A DNA stretch of 64,000 nt from Centroscyllium fabricii (GCA_051313645.2 JBNRSN020000013.1:138074001-138138000), one strand, 5' to 3'; positions 33,691 through 47,654 are shown, numbered from the stretch's first letter. Program-made: numbers and translations. Notes: a model not told the origin generated them from the sequence alone.

Positions 33691-33919
33691 GTAGGTACAC
33701 GACACCAGTGACTACACTTCAAAAGCACTTCATTGGCTGTAAAGCGCTTTGGGATGTCTGGTCATCGTGAAAGACGCTAAATAAATGCAAGTCTTTCAAG
33801 GCTTCCTTTTTGCTGAAACTGAAATGGAAGGAAAAGATGTGAAGAAAAGATCAGAATCTCCAATGTAAATCAAGAATTGGCAAGAGAATCTTAGCATTAT
33901 TAAAAACTAGGAAGCAACT

Positions 33920-34830
33920 AAGTTCACGAGGTTGATTCCTGAGATGAGGGGGTTGTCTTATGAAGAAAGGTTGAGCAGGTTGGGCCGATACTCATTGGAG
34001 TTTAGAAGAATGAGAGGGGATCTTATTGGAACATATAAGATTCTGAGGGGGTCGACCGGGTAGATGCTGAGAGGATGTTTCCCCTCGTGGGGGAATCTAG
34101 AATGAGGGGGCATAATTTCAAAATAAGGGGTCGCCCTTTTAAATCAGAAATGAGGAGGAATTTCTTCTCTCAGAGGGTCATGAATCTTTTGAATTTTCTT
34201 CCCCAGAGAGCTGTGGAGACTGGGCCATTGAATATATTTAAGGTGGAGATAGACAGATTTTTGAATGGTTAGAAACATAGAAACATAGAAACATAGAAAC
34301 TAGGAGCAGGAGTAGGCCATTCGGCCCTTCGAGCCTGCTCCGCCATTCAATGAGATCATGGCTGATCATCCAAACCCAGTATCCCGCCCCTGCCCTCTCA
34401 CTATATCCCTCGATCCCTATCGAGCCTGCACCGACACATATCCCACCCTATCCCCGTAACCCCACATATTCAATCCCCCTAACACTAAGGGTCAATTTAT
34501 CCTGGCCAATCAACCTAACCCGCACATCTTTGGACTGTGGGAGGAAACCGGAGCACCCGAAGGAAACCCACACAGACACGGGGAGAATGTGCAAACTCCA
34601 CACAGATAGTACCCGAGGCCGGATTTGAACCCGGGTCTCCAGTGCTGTGAGACAACATTGCTATCCACTGTGCCACCGTGCCGGTGAGCAAGGGAGGCAA
34701 GGGTTATGGGGAGCGGGCAGGGAAATGGAGTTGAGGCCAAGATTAGATCAGCCGTGATCTTATTGAAGGGCGGAGCTGTTTCGAGGGGCCAAATGACTGA
34801 CTCCTGCTCCTACGTCTTATGTTCTTAAGT
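33920..34830 (+). mobile_element. CR1 3' fragment interrupted by an HE1 SINE
   Basis: RRNFFSQRVMNLLNFLP before the SINE; 3' tail resumes at about 34690. Confidence 0.85.
34271..34683 (-). mobile_element. HE1-type V-SINE, full length
   Basis: tRNA-like head (ggcacggtggc...gggttcaaatcc), V-domain (ggagtttgcacattctccccgtg), CR1-derived tail. Confidence 0.9.
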
Positions 34831-35147
34831 TAATCTTCTAGAGTGCAGTTGGCAAAGCATTTTTGTGATTTAACACAGGACAGAGATGATGTGATTTATA
34901 TCCAACTACCATTGCAGTGCTGGCATCAGCAACGTCACATTCATAACAGAGGCCACATTCACCCTCACCCTCGGTATAACATTCCTCCTAAAGGGGGCCC
35001 TGTTTTTGTGACGAAAATGTTCGGCAATTCTGTTTCACTTGGGTTGACAGAAGAACTGGGAAACATTATTTTTTCGCAATGACATATCTGGGAAAATGTT
35101 GAGGTGCTACAGAAATGCAGCTCTTTCTTTTCATTTCAAGTGCTGCC

Positions 35148-35437
35148 TGTGGTAAACCACTGTTTCCATTGTATATACCCACCCCATTATGTATCTCTGT
35201 AATCGTACTTATATTCATGTTGTACATAACCTGTTGTGCGATTACCTGGACATGCCCAGGCTGGCTCCGCCCGCGACTCCTCCCTCCCAAGAGGAGGTAT
35301 ATAAGCGGCCGTCTCCCATCCCCCAGCCATACCTGGGGACGGTCGACTAGCTGGTGCATGTCCACCATTTAGCGAATAAAAGCCGTATTGTTTCACCCTT
35401 CTAACTACTCGTCCACGAGGTCATTATTTCGGTCACA
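35148..35437 (+). repeat. Solo LTR (family D), 290 bp
   Basis: TGTGGT...GTCACA; 5-bp TSD CTGCC; TATATAA and AATAAA. Confidence 0.92.
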
Positions 35438-36834
35438 CTGCCCTGCATTCGCATATTTCTCGTGGACACCAACTCATTTGTTGAAAGCTGTTCGAGAAAT
35501 TCTCCCTGAATTTGGGGCAAAAATGTCCACCATTTTGTTCAAATTCAAAAAAATATATTTTTTCTTCTGCTGACATTATGCAATAAATTAGGGCATCTAG
35601 AGGAATGATAAAAAAGAACTTAATAAATAATAACAGCTAGCAGCTGTCCGCTCAGCCAACCCCTGAGCGTGTTTCCATTTCCGGGCATTCACACTCAATG
35701 GGAAGCTATCCGAGGCCTTGCTATGCCAAAATGCAACAGAATTAACCTCCGTCTGTTAGCTTTTATTGTGAGAGGCCTGTGATGACATTGATAATTGTTG
35801 CTGGGATTCAGAGGTGATTCCCCAAGAATTTGCTTCCGGCACGGTTGCCCAACACCCGCGCAGGCTGCCCATGATTTCCCGTCCATCAGAAAGGAATCTG
35901 CTCACTGTTTTCTGACACACGCAGCCCACGGCTGCTGCTCCCTGCCAGCATTGCCTATGAAGAGTCTAGGTCCCATCATCAAGCAGATAACCAGTGCAAA
36001 CTGCTTCCTAATTAGAGGGAGCCACAGAAACCTTGCTGAGAGGCAAAGCAGACAGATACGAGAACATTGCTACTTGCTAATAAAGTTATTTAATGCTTGC
36101 AATCACTAAAACAATACAAGGTTCATATATACACCAACATGATCCATCATCTGACTGGGTCAGATCCACTAATTCTTACCGGGGGGGGCTGTCTACATTC
36201 ATCGGCATAAGAGCAACTCCCAATTGGCTCCTGATACATATTGCAAGTGCAGGATGTGTTTCTAGGTCAGCTCTGGCCTGTTGGTTCTTGCATTTAAATA
36301 CAGCTTCTTTCTGAGTAAACTAAAAGAAAAGGAGAGAAGGGGGAAGAAATTCAATACCTTAGCGCCCCCAGTTAGTGCCTGGTGGGGGCACTAACGGGGT
36401 ACTGATGTAGTAGCGCCATGAGAAGGTGAATCCAGTGCCACATGCCAAATCCAGCACACCCCCCCCCCCCGCTCATGGTGGCGCCACTATGAGTTAGTGG
36501 CGGGGACTTCAGCAGCAGTCAGATCATGACGTCAGTAAGCGTGCAACGCTCACTGGGTGTCCAATCTGCAAAATTGATTATCGCCCCCTGCCTTAGCGCC
36601 TCACCCTGACAGTGATAGGGAAAGGAGGGGTGAAGCTGGCTCCAGGAGCGCTACTTAAAGGGATCATGAGCAATGAGTTGCAGTTCTCAGGTTAGTGCTT
36701 TCTTGTCAGTTTGACATTGAATTAAACTGTTGCACAGTCATTTAAAGATTGTTTAGTCTCCGGAGTGTTGTGGCTACTAAAAATTAGTTACATTTATTCT
36801 CACAACATATCAAAGTGCTATACTTGGTTACATT

Positions 36835-37945
36835 GATTGGCGCTGTACTGGCAGTTGACCTCACCCTCCAGGATCCAAGGCAAAGGAGTACAGGCAACGT
36901 GTAAGACTGGGACATGAGGGAGGAGGAGGGCCATGAGGGCTCTCAACAGGAAGCCTTACCCTCTGAGGGTATTCTGACAGCACTTCTCATATCTCCAATT
37001 AAGCGAGGAGCAGTGTATTAGAAGGCTTCGCTTCACCAAGGAGGTGGTCACAAAACTCTGCCACCTCCTGCAACCAGACCTTGAGCCTCAGATCAGGACA
37101 ACCATGGCTCTCCCAGTGGCAGTCAAGGTCACTGTTGCCCTAAATTTCTTCAACAGCGAATCCGTCCAGACTGCAACAGGAGACATAGGGAACATCTCGC
37201 AGCTCACCATCTATCGCTGCATCCAGGAGGTCACAGAGGCTCTCTACAGAAGGAGAAGCGACTACATTTCCTTCCCCATCACCAGGGAGAAGCAGGACAA
37301 GCATACATGTGGCTTTGCCAGGATAGCGGGATTTCCTATGGTGCATTGCACCTACGTGGCTTTTCGGGCATCGCATAACAATCCTGACATCTTCCGTAAC
37401 CGCACAGGCTACCAATCACTTAATGTGCAGTTGATGTGGGATAACACACGGCGAATTCTCAAAATGAATGCCCGCTATCCTAGCAGCAGCCACGATGCCT
37501 TAATCCTGTGCCAGCATACTTCTAGCCACCACGTCAAGTTTGTGGTTAGCTGCTCGGACACAAGGGCTATCCACTCTCCACCTAGCTCATAATTCCCCTC
37601 CACAGCCCCAATACTCCTGCCCAGCAATCACATAATGAGAGCCATGCTGTGACCAGGAACATCATCAAGCAGACCATCGGCATACTCAAGTAATGGTTCC
37701 GCTGCCTTAACCGCTCAGGAGGAACCCTCCAGTACTCGGCTGAGAAAGTGTCCCATTTCGTTGTTGTCTGCTGCATACTCCATAACTTGGCCATCATGAG
37801 GGGCCAGCTCAGCCCTTGCTACCAGGGATTGCGGGACCACCTCAGGAGGAGGAAGAGGAAGATGATGAGGAGGAGGGGGAGGAGGAACAGGAGCAAGGGA
37901 GGAGGCAGCCATTCAGTCAGCCTCATCAGACTGCGGTTCCAATAA
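36835..37945 (+). pseudogene. Harbinger (HARBI1-like) DDE transposase
   Basis: ALPVAVKVTVALNFF, GFARIAGFP, NRTGYQSLNVQ, YPSSSHDA, CCILHNLA; multiple frameshifts and stops. Confidence 0.88.
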
Positions 37946-38110
37946 ATTAAACCCCAGATCCCCGTTGCTCACCACATCCCCATCATTCCATCCCTGTCGC
38001 AGGCCATATCACAGCGCAAAGTTGAAATAAGACACACCACAACAGAATCCAAACTGAATTAATAAATGTATCAATAATTAGTGAACACATATTTACAACA
38101 ACAATATTAA

Positions 38111-39930
38111 CTATTCACCCTTGTGCAATCCCTTAGTGCCTGTCGTTACTGTGCCTTTACCTACTCTGGTGCTCCTATGAAGTGTTGGCCCAGTGGCTGC
38201 AGCATGGCTGGTGAAAGCCCGCTGAGTGTCCGTGTGGGAGACTTCAGATGGCCTTGCAGGACACCCTCGACCAGCTCTGGGCCTGGAAAGCCTGGCTGTA
38301 GACTGCACCACCTCAGCATGGGCAACAGCAGTCTGGGCTGGTTGGATGACAGGCAGTGACAAGGGCAATGGCAGAATGGCAGTGGTGGGAGAAGGAATAT
38401 CATCATCCTGAGAGAGGTCAGCAGGTTCCTGCCCCACTGACCCACTGCCACTCCCCTGGGGCAGCCTCTCAGCATCCCTAGCAATCTGTTGGAGCACAGA
38501 TTGCTGGCCTGCTGTGACACCGTGAAAGCCTTTGTCGATGGTGTTATACCCAGCCATTATGGCAGCAGTCAGAGCTTGCGTGGCATGAGAACAGTCTGAG
38601 ATTGGATGCCACCAAGCATAGACTGCATTACAGCACTAAGACGTTGCGTCGCTTCTGCCTGTGCTGCAATGGAAGCTGTCAGATTTCCCATCACACATGG
38701 CATCAGGTCTGAGTCACCACGGTCACTGGGAGTCGACCATCCTTTGCAGATTGGAAATGATCGGCTCCATTGTGTGCGCGAGTCCTCCACGCTCCTTACC
38801 ATTGCTAACAGGCTCTCGGGCACCCTTGCCATTGCACCCATCATCTCCGTGTGCCTGCCATCATGCTTCTTCTAAAGTGCTCCCCATCAAGGTCTTCATC
38901 TAAGTCTTGTGCAGCAGAACTCGCGCGTGAACTCGTCCCTTGGTGAGCAGGCCCTCGAACTACCCTTTCCTCCTGGCCTTGCTGCAGCCTGCTCGCTCCT
39001 GGTGCATTACCAGTGGAGATCCCACTACTATGGTAGCCTCTAATGAACATGCAGTGCCAGCATCTGAGCTGGTGCCTGCGGGTGAGACACGCAGTGACGC
39101 GGTGTGTTCTTCCTCCTCCTCTTCTCCCGCCTCGCTCTCTACGGTGCCCTCAGGGACCGACTGCTCGGGTGCTTGCTAATTACCTGAAAGCATAAAGGCA
39201 CAAGAGTCGGGTTAAGGTGAGGAGAGGGGGCAGGAAGGGAGAAATGCATCATTAGCTGGAAAGTGCGAAAGGCTTTGGGGTGAGCGGGAAGTGCGATGTG
39301 AGAAGAAGGAGTGGGGATGAACACACCGTTATTGTCCCCAAGGGGTTCAATGTCGCTGTTGGACATGGTGCCTACCACCTGGTGCCCAATAATCTGCAGC
39401 ACTCTATTCCCCAGCGCAGACAGTGGTTGGGTGTCGGTTTGTCCCCCACCTGTGCGCTCCTGCTCCCTCCTGTTGTGAGTGAGTGTGGAGCATTCTGTTT
39501 GGGTGTTGTGCCTGCCATAGTTGAATAGCTGTCATTGTGTGCAAGGTGTGAGATGTGAGAGTGAGTGTTGGTAGGTAGAGATTGTTCTTGGGTGAGTGCT
39601 GGGGGTGTGGTGCTTTGGCCAGTGTATGCAGACTATGGTTCAGACAGTGTTATGTAGCATTTGTTGAAGCATTGACTCACCCTGACCACCTGAGTGAGGT
39701 CATTAAAATACTTCCTGCACTGTGTGTGGGTCCTGCGGACCACGGTATTGTTTGAGACATGCTGCGCAACCTCCCTCTCCATGGCACAGAAGACTTGCGG
39801 CAAGGGCCTCCTGCCCCTTGCCGGGTAGAGCACCACCCTCCGTCACTCCACAGCGTACACCAACTCCTCCAATACTTGGTCTGAAAATCTGCGGGCTCTC
39901 TCCCTGGGATGTGGACCTGCCATCATCACA
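38111..39930 (-). pseudogene. Harbinger Myb/SANT-like DNA-binding protein, spliced and decayed
   Basis: RERARRFSDQVLEELV and RRTHTQCRKYFNDL motifs; GTGAGT donor at 39680-39675; convergent with the transposase. Confidence 0.72.
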
Positions 39931-40044
39931 CCTGCTTGAGTGGTCCAGCTCCTTGGGCTTGGCCTGCTCCTGTTTGCTGACACAGGTTTACAGCCAGCAA
40001 TGCTAATAATGAGGTTCTGCAGCATCAATGAACCTCCCCTTTAA

Positions 40045-40645
40045 GGCCCTGTCACACCTTGACGTTTTAGCCAGCGTATGCAAATTTGGCTAAAACGCTG
40101 AACTTTTGACTTTTTTTCAGTTTTGGGCGTATAATAGCGTATTCATAACGTATGCATAACGTATTAGTAACGTACACAGAACGTATCGATAACTTACAGA
40201 TAACTTATACCAACGAATGCTTAGCGTGTTGTCGGCGTTCTCAACTTATGCCCAACGATAGTCTAACGTATGCATAGCGCGCGGCAGCGTATCGCCGACG
40301 TTTTAGATACATTTTGATACGTTGGCATACGCTAGCTTAAATCGTCAAGGTGTGAGGGCATGACAGGGGCACAGGTAAGGTGTGTTCAACGATCGCTTAA
40401 CGTGCCTACAACGTATGGCCAGCGTATGCGGAATGTGTGAATCATACGCTAGATACGTCGAGATTTTTTGTGCATGCTCAAAAATTCCCGACTTACTCGA
40501 AGTACAACGACGTATGCAACGTATGCCCAGCGTATGCCAGCGTTCTCGTAACGTATGCATAACGTACCCATAACGTATCCGACGTAACCCAGCGTTTTAG
40601 CCAAATTTGCATACGCTGGCTAAAACGTCTAGGTGTGACAGGGCC
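40045..40645. mobile_element. Young CpG-rich MITE with 56-bp TIRs, flanked by TTAA
   Basis: ggccctgtcacacc...gctg / cagc...ggtgtgacagggcc with one mismatch; TTAA at 40041-40044 and 40646-40649. Confidence 0.9.
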
Positions 40646-40894
40646 TTAAAGAACTGGAAAGAGTCTGTGGCAATGATGACTTGCGATTAGACTGCACCTG
40701 ATATTGGTCAGCATTTTGATTGTAACGTCACTGAGCTAGGCTGTTAGCACTTAATTTAGCAATCCCATGCTTTTGTTGTGCAATGAGACAAAATTTTACA
40801 TGCAGCACGATTTATGAGCACCTGGTGCTAAATCTCAAACTTTTCTAAAGTTACTGCCCATTTCTGGGCTATAATGAATTTCTCTCCAAAAAAC

Positions 40895-41462
40895 TTTAAT
40901 TTATACATCTCATGACATCCCAAAGCACTTTACAACCAGTGAAGTACTTTTGAAGTGCAGTCACTGTTGTAAAGCAGAGAATGTGCACACAAATAGTAAA
41001 TCTGTTTCAAAGTGATATTGGTTGTGGGATAAATGTTGGCCAGGATAACTCCCCTGCACTTCTTCGAATAGAGCCACAGGATCTTTTACATCCACCTGAG
41101 AGAGCAGACAGGGTCTTGGTTTAACATCTCATCTCAAAGATGACACCTCCAGCAGGGCAGCACTCCCTCAGTACTGCATTTGAGTGTCAGCCTGGATTAT
41201 GCCAATTCATTAAATATATTCAAGACGGAGTTAGATATCGTTCTTAGAGCTAAAGGTATCAAGGGATATGGGGAGAAGGCAGGTGCGGGGTACTGAGTAT
41301 GGATGATCAGCCATGATCTCATTGAATGGCGGAGCAGGCTCGAGGGGCTGAATGGCCTACTCCTGCTCCTATCTTCTATGTTTCTATCTCTCTAGAGTGG
41401 GGCTTGAACCCACAATTTTCTGACTGAGAGGCGAGAGCGCTACCAACTGAACCACAGCTGTC
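40895..41462 (-). mobile_element. Deu-domain SINE (SacSINE1-like) with an inserted CR1 tail (about 41202-41387, + strand)
   Basis: Matches the other Deu-SINE copies; the CR1 tail encodes SLNIFKTELD. Confidence 0.75.
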
Positions 41463-42918
41463 ACTTCCACAAGCAGCAGAAAATTGCTGTAGTAATGTGT
41501 GTTGGGAGAAAAGTTCTGTAAAATGCTCTGTAGCTCATGCAGTGAGTTGTATCTATTATGCTATAAGGACAGTTTGTAAGTTAGCACTCCTGGCACAGAG
41601 TTTCACTTAACAGGCATGCACACTGGGAACCCAACATGGAGGTCAGCACACAGGATTCGCAGTTCATTGAAGGACAAAGAGTCACACGAGCCATGGGTCG
41701 GAAGCATTAACCTCCGTTCCCAAGTTCCCGATACCTGCTGCCAAACACACAAAATTCTGCTAACTTGTAAAATTAACCCTATAATTTCTAGGAATTAGAA
41801 TAGGCCAGTGAGCCCAAAAAGCCTGTCCCTTTTCACTGATCAATTAGCCCTACCTTATCTCTCTCTAGAAATGATACTCCTCACCACCAAAATAATCCAT
41901 TTACAGGAACATGTCATTCAACCCCTTGAGCCTGTTCTGCCAATCAATTAGATCATGGATAATCTGTATCTTAACTTAATTTACCCGCCTTTGTTTCCAT
42001 ATCCCTTAATATTCTTTGCCTGACAAAAATCTATCAACCTTCGTTATGAAAATTTCAGTTGACCCCCAGTCTCAGCAGCTTTTTGGGGAAGCAAGTTCCA
42101 GATTCCCACTGCCCTTTGTGTGAAGAGGTGTTTCCTGACATCACCCCCTGAACGGCCAAGCTCTAATTGTAAGGTTACGTCAAAACCCCAACTGGCATAC
42201 TGTGTGGAATTCTGGCCAATGAATCGCAGAAAGGATATTGTTGCCCGTGAGAGACTAGATGGAGGAGCAACAGAGAGCTTCCCAGGATAAAATGGATTTA
42301 ATTTAGGAGGCAAGGCTATGGAATTCTATCGTTCTAAGATGCCGGTAAAGCACAGCCTGTAATGTGTTCAACTCACAGACACAGACAAAGGATGTATGGG
42401 TTCAACCATTAACCGAGGCTAGCTGTTTATTCTAGTTTCACTTTCTGTTTACCCTCCATTGCCCCCTACTGGGCGGAGGATAACTATCACCACATCTCCC
42501 TTTCTAAACAGACTTTGAATACTATTCCTTTACTATTAACATTTCAAAAAACCTTCTTTCAAATCATTACTTTTTTACGAAATAACAAACTCCAACAAAC
42601 ATAACATCTCTAATGCACAATGTATCTCTTTTTCCTTTTTATTAAATAACACAAATAATGCAAAAAGAGTAAGCTTGGAGGGACAAGGTGACTGCCTGAA
42701 CCCTCCACCAAGTATCTCGGGTATTATTCTGACCCAATGAGGTGTCTTGGTTCTTAAGCTATTCATGTTGCAAAATCCTGGAGGTATGAAGGAGGATTGC
42801 GGACCCTTTCAGGGTATTGTCTGGAACCCAATGGAGGTGAGGTATCACCTGTGGGTGGGGGGGACAGAGGTGGGGTATCCCCTATGTGTGGAGGAGTTCC
42901 AGGACCCGCATCACCATT

Positions 42919-45900
42919 CTAGTCATCGGGAATGGAAGGCTCATCAGCGTCTGGGGGCTGCTGTGTAAGTGCGAGGTGTCTCCGGTTCCTGCGAACAATC
43001 TGGCCCTGGATATCAACCAGATACAATCTTGGGGTGTTGGCCTGTCCTTGCAAAATGCCTCTTTTGTGGGAGTCCTGTATCCACACATAGTCACCCCGAA
43101 GGAGTGGACACAAGGGCTTAGCTCTGTGGCGCCTGTTAAAGTTGGCCTGTTGTCTTAGTTTAGATTGTTTGTCCTTGTCTGTAAAATTCTGGAGGTCGGG
43201 CCAGCCTGGGGTCAGGAGTGATGGCATAGTTGGCACGGTTGTACGAAGTTTCCTGCCTTGTAGCAACTCAGCAGGGCTGAATCCGCTAGAAAGAGGTGTG
43301 GAGCGGTATGCAAGGAATGGGCGGCACGGTGGCATAGTGGTTAGCAATGTTGCCTTACACCACTAGACACCGGGGTTCAAATCCAGCCTCGGGTACTATC
43401 TGTCTGGAGTTTGCACATTCTCCCCGTGTCTGCGTGGATTTCCTCTGGGTGCTCCGGTTTCCTCCCACAGTCCAAAAATGTGCGGGTTAGGTTGATTGGC
43501 CAGGATAAATTGACCCTTAGTGTGAGGGGGATTAAATATGTGGGGTTACGGGCATAGGGTGGGATATGTGTTGGTGCAGGCTCAATAGGGATATGGGGAC
43601 AAGGCAGGGACAGGGTACTGGGTTTGGATGATCAGCCATGATCTCATTGAAATGGCGGAGCAGGCTCGAAGGGCCGAATGGCCTACTCCTGCTCCTATCT
43701 TCTATGTTTCTATGAGTGCCTGGTATGGGTCAGGTGACTTTTTAAAAAGCTGTTTGTCTGTCTGGACAGCGCGCTCGGCAGCCCCATTGCTTTGAAGATA
43801 CAGAGGGCTGGATGTGACATGGGTGAAGTCCCAGCTGTTGGCAAATGAGCGAAAGGTGACCGAGGCAAATTGGGGGCCATTATCTGTTCGGACCAGCAGT
43901 GGGACCCCTAGGTGGGCAAAGCAAGATTTCATACACTCAACAACTGCATGTGTGGTGGTGGAGAAAAGCTTGATAACTTCAATGACCTTAGTGAAGTAGT
44001 CAAACATTACCAGGTAAGTTGTTAACCAAATGAAATAGATCAGCCCCAACCTTCTGCCATGGGCCCTCAGGGGTGTCATCTGTAATTAATGGTTCTAGTG
44101 GTTGTTGTCTCAATTGGGCACAGCTTGGGCACTGTTGTACTTTACGTTGTAGTTGACCACTTAATCCAGGTCACCAGACAGAATATCTGGCTTGTGCTCT
44201 GCATTTTCTGATGCCTTGATGGCCATCATGCAGTTTGTCCAGAATGTCTTTCTGCATTTATGCTGGAATGACCAACCAGCACCCTTGTAGCAGCAATCCT
44301 TGTGCAATAGTGAGGTCACCTGAAAGGTCTAATAGCGTTGTCACATTTCGCATGATCTGGCCAGTCCTCATGGCAGTATGTGAAGACCTGATGAAGTAGT
44401 TCATCTGTTTCCTATTCTTGCGGATGTGCAGCCAGGCGTTTCTCGGTAATGGGCAGTGCAGTGAGTATTGAGTGTACATAATTCTCTATGCACTGCACCT
44501 CAGAGGAAGCATCCCCCGGCGGCTGGTAGGGAGATCTGGAGAGGACGTCGGCAGTTGCTAGGCTCTTCCCTGGCACATGTGATATAGTGAAGTGAAAGTG
44601 CATGAGTCGCATCCGAAAGCGCTGAATGCAGGGGGACAACTCGTCCAGGTTTTTAGATCCCAATAGTGTAAGGAGAGGCTTGTGATCTGTTTTGACCTGG
44701 AATGTCATGCCTATTAGAAAGTCTCGAAAGCGCTCACACGCCCATGTAATGGCCAGGGCCTCTTTTTCAATCTGCGCACAGCACTGCTCGGTTTTTGAAA
44801 GGGCTCGTGAAGCATAAGCTACAGGGCGCACGTCAATGTGGGTCTCTTTTGTAAAAGGATTGCACCCAAGCCAAACTTTAGTGAGTGCATTGGGGTCATA
44901 CAGTGCACGGCCTGGCAGGGTGTTTAGCTCCGTTTTTATCTCAGTGAAAGCTTGGGACTGCTGGGGTCCCCAATACCATGAGGTCTGCCTGTTGAGGAGA
45001 TCCCGGAGTGGCTTGGTTTTATCGGCTAGATGGGGTATGTATTTGCCCAAGTGATTGACCAAGCCCATGAAGCGGCGCGTTTCAGCTACATTCCTTGCCA
45101 TGGCCATATGTGTGAGGGCCTTGACTTTGTCAGGATCTGCTCTGACACCGGTCCCGTCAATGACCTGGCCGAGAAACTTTACCTGTGTTTTGGCGAATTC
45201 ACATTTGGAGTTAAGAGTAAGTGCAGCTTGCTGTAGTCTACTGAGTATTGCCAACAGTCGCTCATCATGCTGTTCTTGGCTTGCACCAAACACCAACACA
45301 TCATCCATTTGGCATAAGACACCATCAAATCCCTCAAGGAGGCGGGACATGCAGCGCTGGAAATGCTCAGGGGCGGAGGATATTCTAAAGGGCAGTCTGT
45401 GGAAACAGTAATGTCCGAATGGCGTGATGAACGTGGCAAGATGTTTTGACTCCTCTGTCAAGGGTAGTTGCCAGAAACCAGATTGAGCGTCAAGCTTTGT
45501 AAAAACCTTTGCATCTTTCAGCTGCCCCAGAGTGTGTTCAACGCAGGGTAAGAGATGCAGCTCTCTACAGACACTTTCATTGAGTTTTGTTAGGTCTACT
45601 CAGATTCTGATTTTTACGTTGGGTTTTGGGACTACAACCATTCCGGAGCACCAGGATGTGGGTTCCTCAACTCTTGCAATTATCCCCAGTTGCTCCATGT
45701 GGGTGAGTTCCTCCTTAACGTTGGTCATAAGGGGGAGCGAGACACGTCGGGGTGTAGAGAGAGCAAAAGGTTTGGCCTCCAGCTTGAGGTGAATGTGATA
45801 CTCCTCCTGCAGTCGCCCAATGCCTTGAAACAGTCTGGGGAACTGCTGTCTGACCTCCCGTTCGAGATCTGTAAATACTGTCTCTGCTACTTGTGGGTCC

Positions 45901-47103
45901 AACCTGGACACCAGACGCAGGGATGGCGGGGCGACTGAGGAACGCTGTCCGTAGATCACATACCACATACACAACCTGCTTTGTAAACCATGGACCACGG
46001 GTCAGGGTAGCTGAAAATTTTCCTCTGATATTCAACGGGACTTGACCAGGCCCCTGAAGAATCTTAGAGGTGCTCTGAAGAGCCTCTAGACCTAGGTCGT
46101 TGTAGAGGCACTCCGGGATGACAGTGACATCAGCCCCTGTATCGATTTTGAATTCAGTCATGTGACCACACAGGCTTAGGGTGATGGTCCACGGCTGCTC
46201 CTGCCTATTTCCAATTGACTCCAAGAATGCTGTCTCATTGTCGTAGACCTCTGATATTTCAGCAACCGCAGGTGTGGATCAGCAAACTGCAGCAAAATGT
46301 CCTTTTTTCTGGCAATACCTGCAGCTAACATCTTTGGCTGGACAGATTTGTCTATTGTGTGTACTCCGGCCACACCATCTGCAACACCACTTTTGTGCTT
46401 GCAAATGTGTTCCAGGTTGAGTTCCAGTGCGAGGCCTCTGTGCACATTCACATGAGTCAGTTTGTCTTGATTTGGTAGAAAAATGTTTTAGGGAACCTGA
46501 TTGTTGGGGGGCACTTATGGTTTCAATGGACCCCTCCTCCTCATTACTACCTTTCTGAAGCATTGATTGCTGTTTCTTTATTGTTTCACTTTGGAAAACC
46601 TGTATTTTTGCTTTGTCAACTGTGCGGTCTGGATCCATCTGTAATTTTCCAGAGAGTTTAAGATCCCTTAGTCCAACAATCAATCTGTCACGAATTAGTT
46701 CATCCCGCATAGCTCCATATTTACAGTGTTCGATGAGCTCAAATAGCGATTTGATGAAGCTATCACTCGATTCCTCCCTCTCCTGCATGCGCCTATGGAA
46801 TCTTGTGCGTTCGAATATCAAATTCCTCCGCAGGATGAAATGATTAAACAACTCTGTTTTAACTGTGTCATAGCTTTTCAGTTGATCAGCCGTAATATTC
46901 CTGCACCGGAAGATTGCTTCAGCCTCCGCTTCCATGTAATATAATAGCATATTGACCTGTTTTTCCTGTGCCAGTTTATCAAAGCCCGAAGCCTGTCTGA
47001 AACGTTCAAATCTGCTGATCCACAACGGCTACTCTTCCGGCCGTGTAAAATCAAATTCGGAGGGGGGAGAAATCTGAAAGAATGCAGGACTTTGAGTGGC
47101 CAT
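42919..47103 (-). pseudogene. gag-pol: gag-pol, multiply frameshifted
   Basis: Gag WISRFERFRQASG; protease KIDTGAD; RT QMDDVLVFG; RNase H EKEALA/TDHKPL; integrase TDNGPQF/SNGAAER. Confidence 0.92.
43318..43714 (+). mobile_element. HE1-type V-SINE inserted in the integrase region
   Basis: Full head, V-domain and tail. Confidence 0.9.
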
Positions 47104-47654
47104 GATAGTAAGCTTAGCAACGTGGGGTAAGTACACTTTTTTTTCTCTCAGTCTCTGTTTATCTCCGTCCTGGCTTAACTAGCTATTGTAAACTTTCACT
47201 CACCGGGAGCTGACTGGTTTCACTGGGGAAGTTAGTTCCACTGTGGGTTCAGATCTCAATTCTGACACCATGTGATGTGTTCAACTCACAGACACAGGAT
47301 GTATAGGTTCAACCATTAACCGAGGCTTGCTGTTTATTTATACTTTCACTTTCTGTTTACCCTCCAGTGCCCCCTACTGGGCGGAGGGTAACTATCACCA
47401 CACAGCCCAGAAGGAACTGCTTTGCTCACCCGTGTGGGGTGTCAGTGTAAATGCATTCATGAAGTTTCCCTCCAATGGCTGGGTTTGAGTTTCTCCAGAG
47501 GTTCGGCTGATTGACCGCTTCAACTTCGGTGGATGGTTCGCGGAAACCAAGGAGAAACTGCGCAAATGATATCCACGCCCTTTTTTCTGTGGACCTCCTT
47601 GCAATGTCACAGCGGACAATCAGGAGACCCCACACAGAGATTCAACCCTGTCAT

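Larger units (their letters stand above)
36339..40888. mobile_element. Decayed PIF/Harbinger DNA transposon
   Basis: Convergent transposase and Myb/SANT-like genes; candidate TIRs gggggaagaaattc / gaatttctctcc. Confidence 0.8.
42358..47402 (-). mobile_element. Older full-length Gypsy (Mag-like) element with short LTRs and a tRNA-Leu-like PBS
   Basis: LTRs 42358-42494 and 47271-47402; 5-bp TSD CAGCC; PBS TGGTGTCAGAATTGAGAT; PPT AGAAAGGGAGA. Confidence 0.93.

Noticed and set aside
35560-36330. Apparently unique non-repeat stretch, possibly an enhancer
   Set aside because: Cannot be supported without cross-species conservation data.
43318-43395. tRNA-like sequences with A and B boxes
   Set aside because: They are SINE heads, not tRNA genes.
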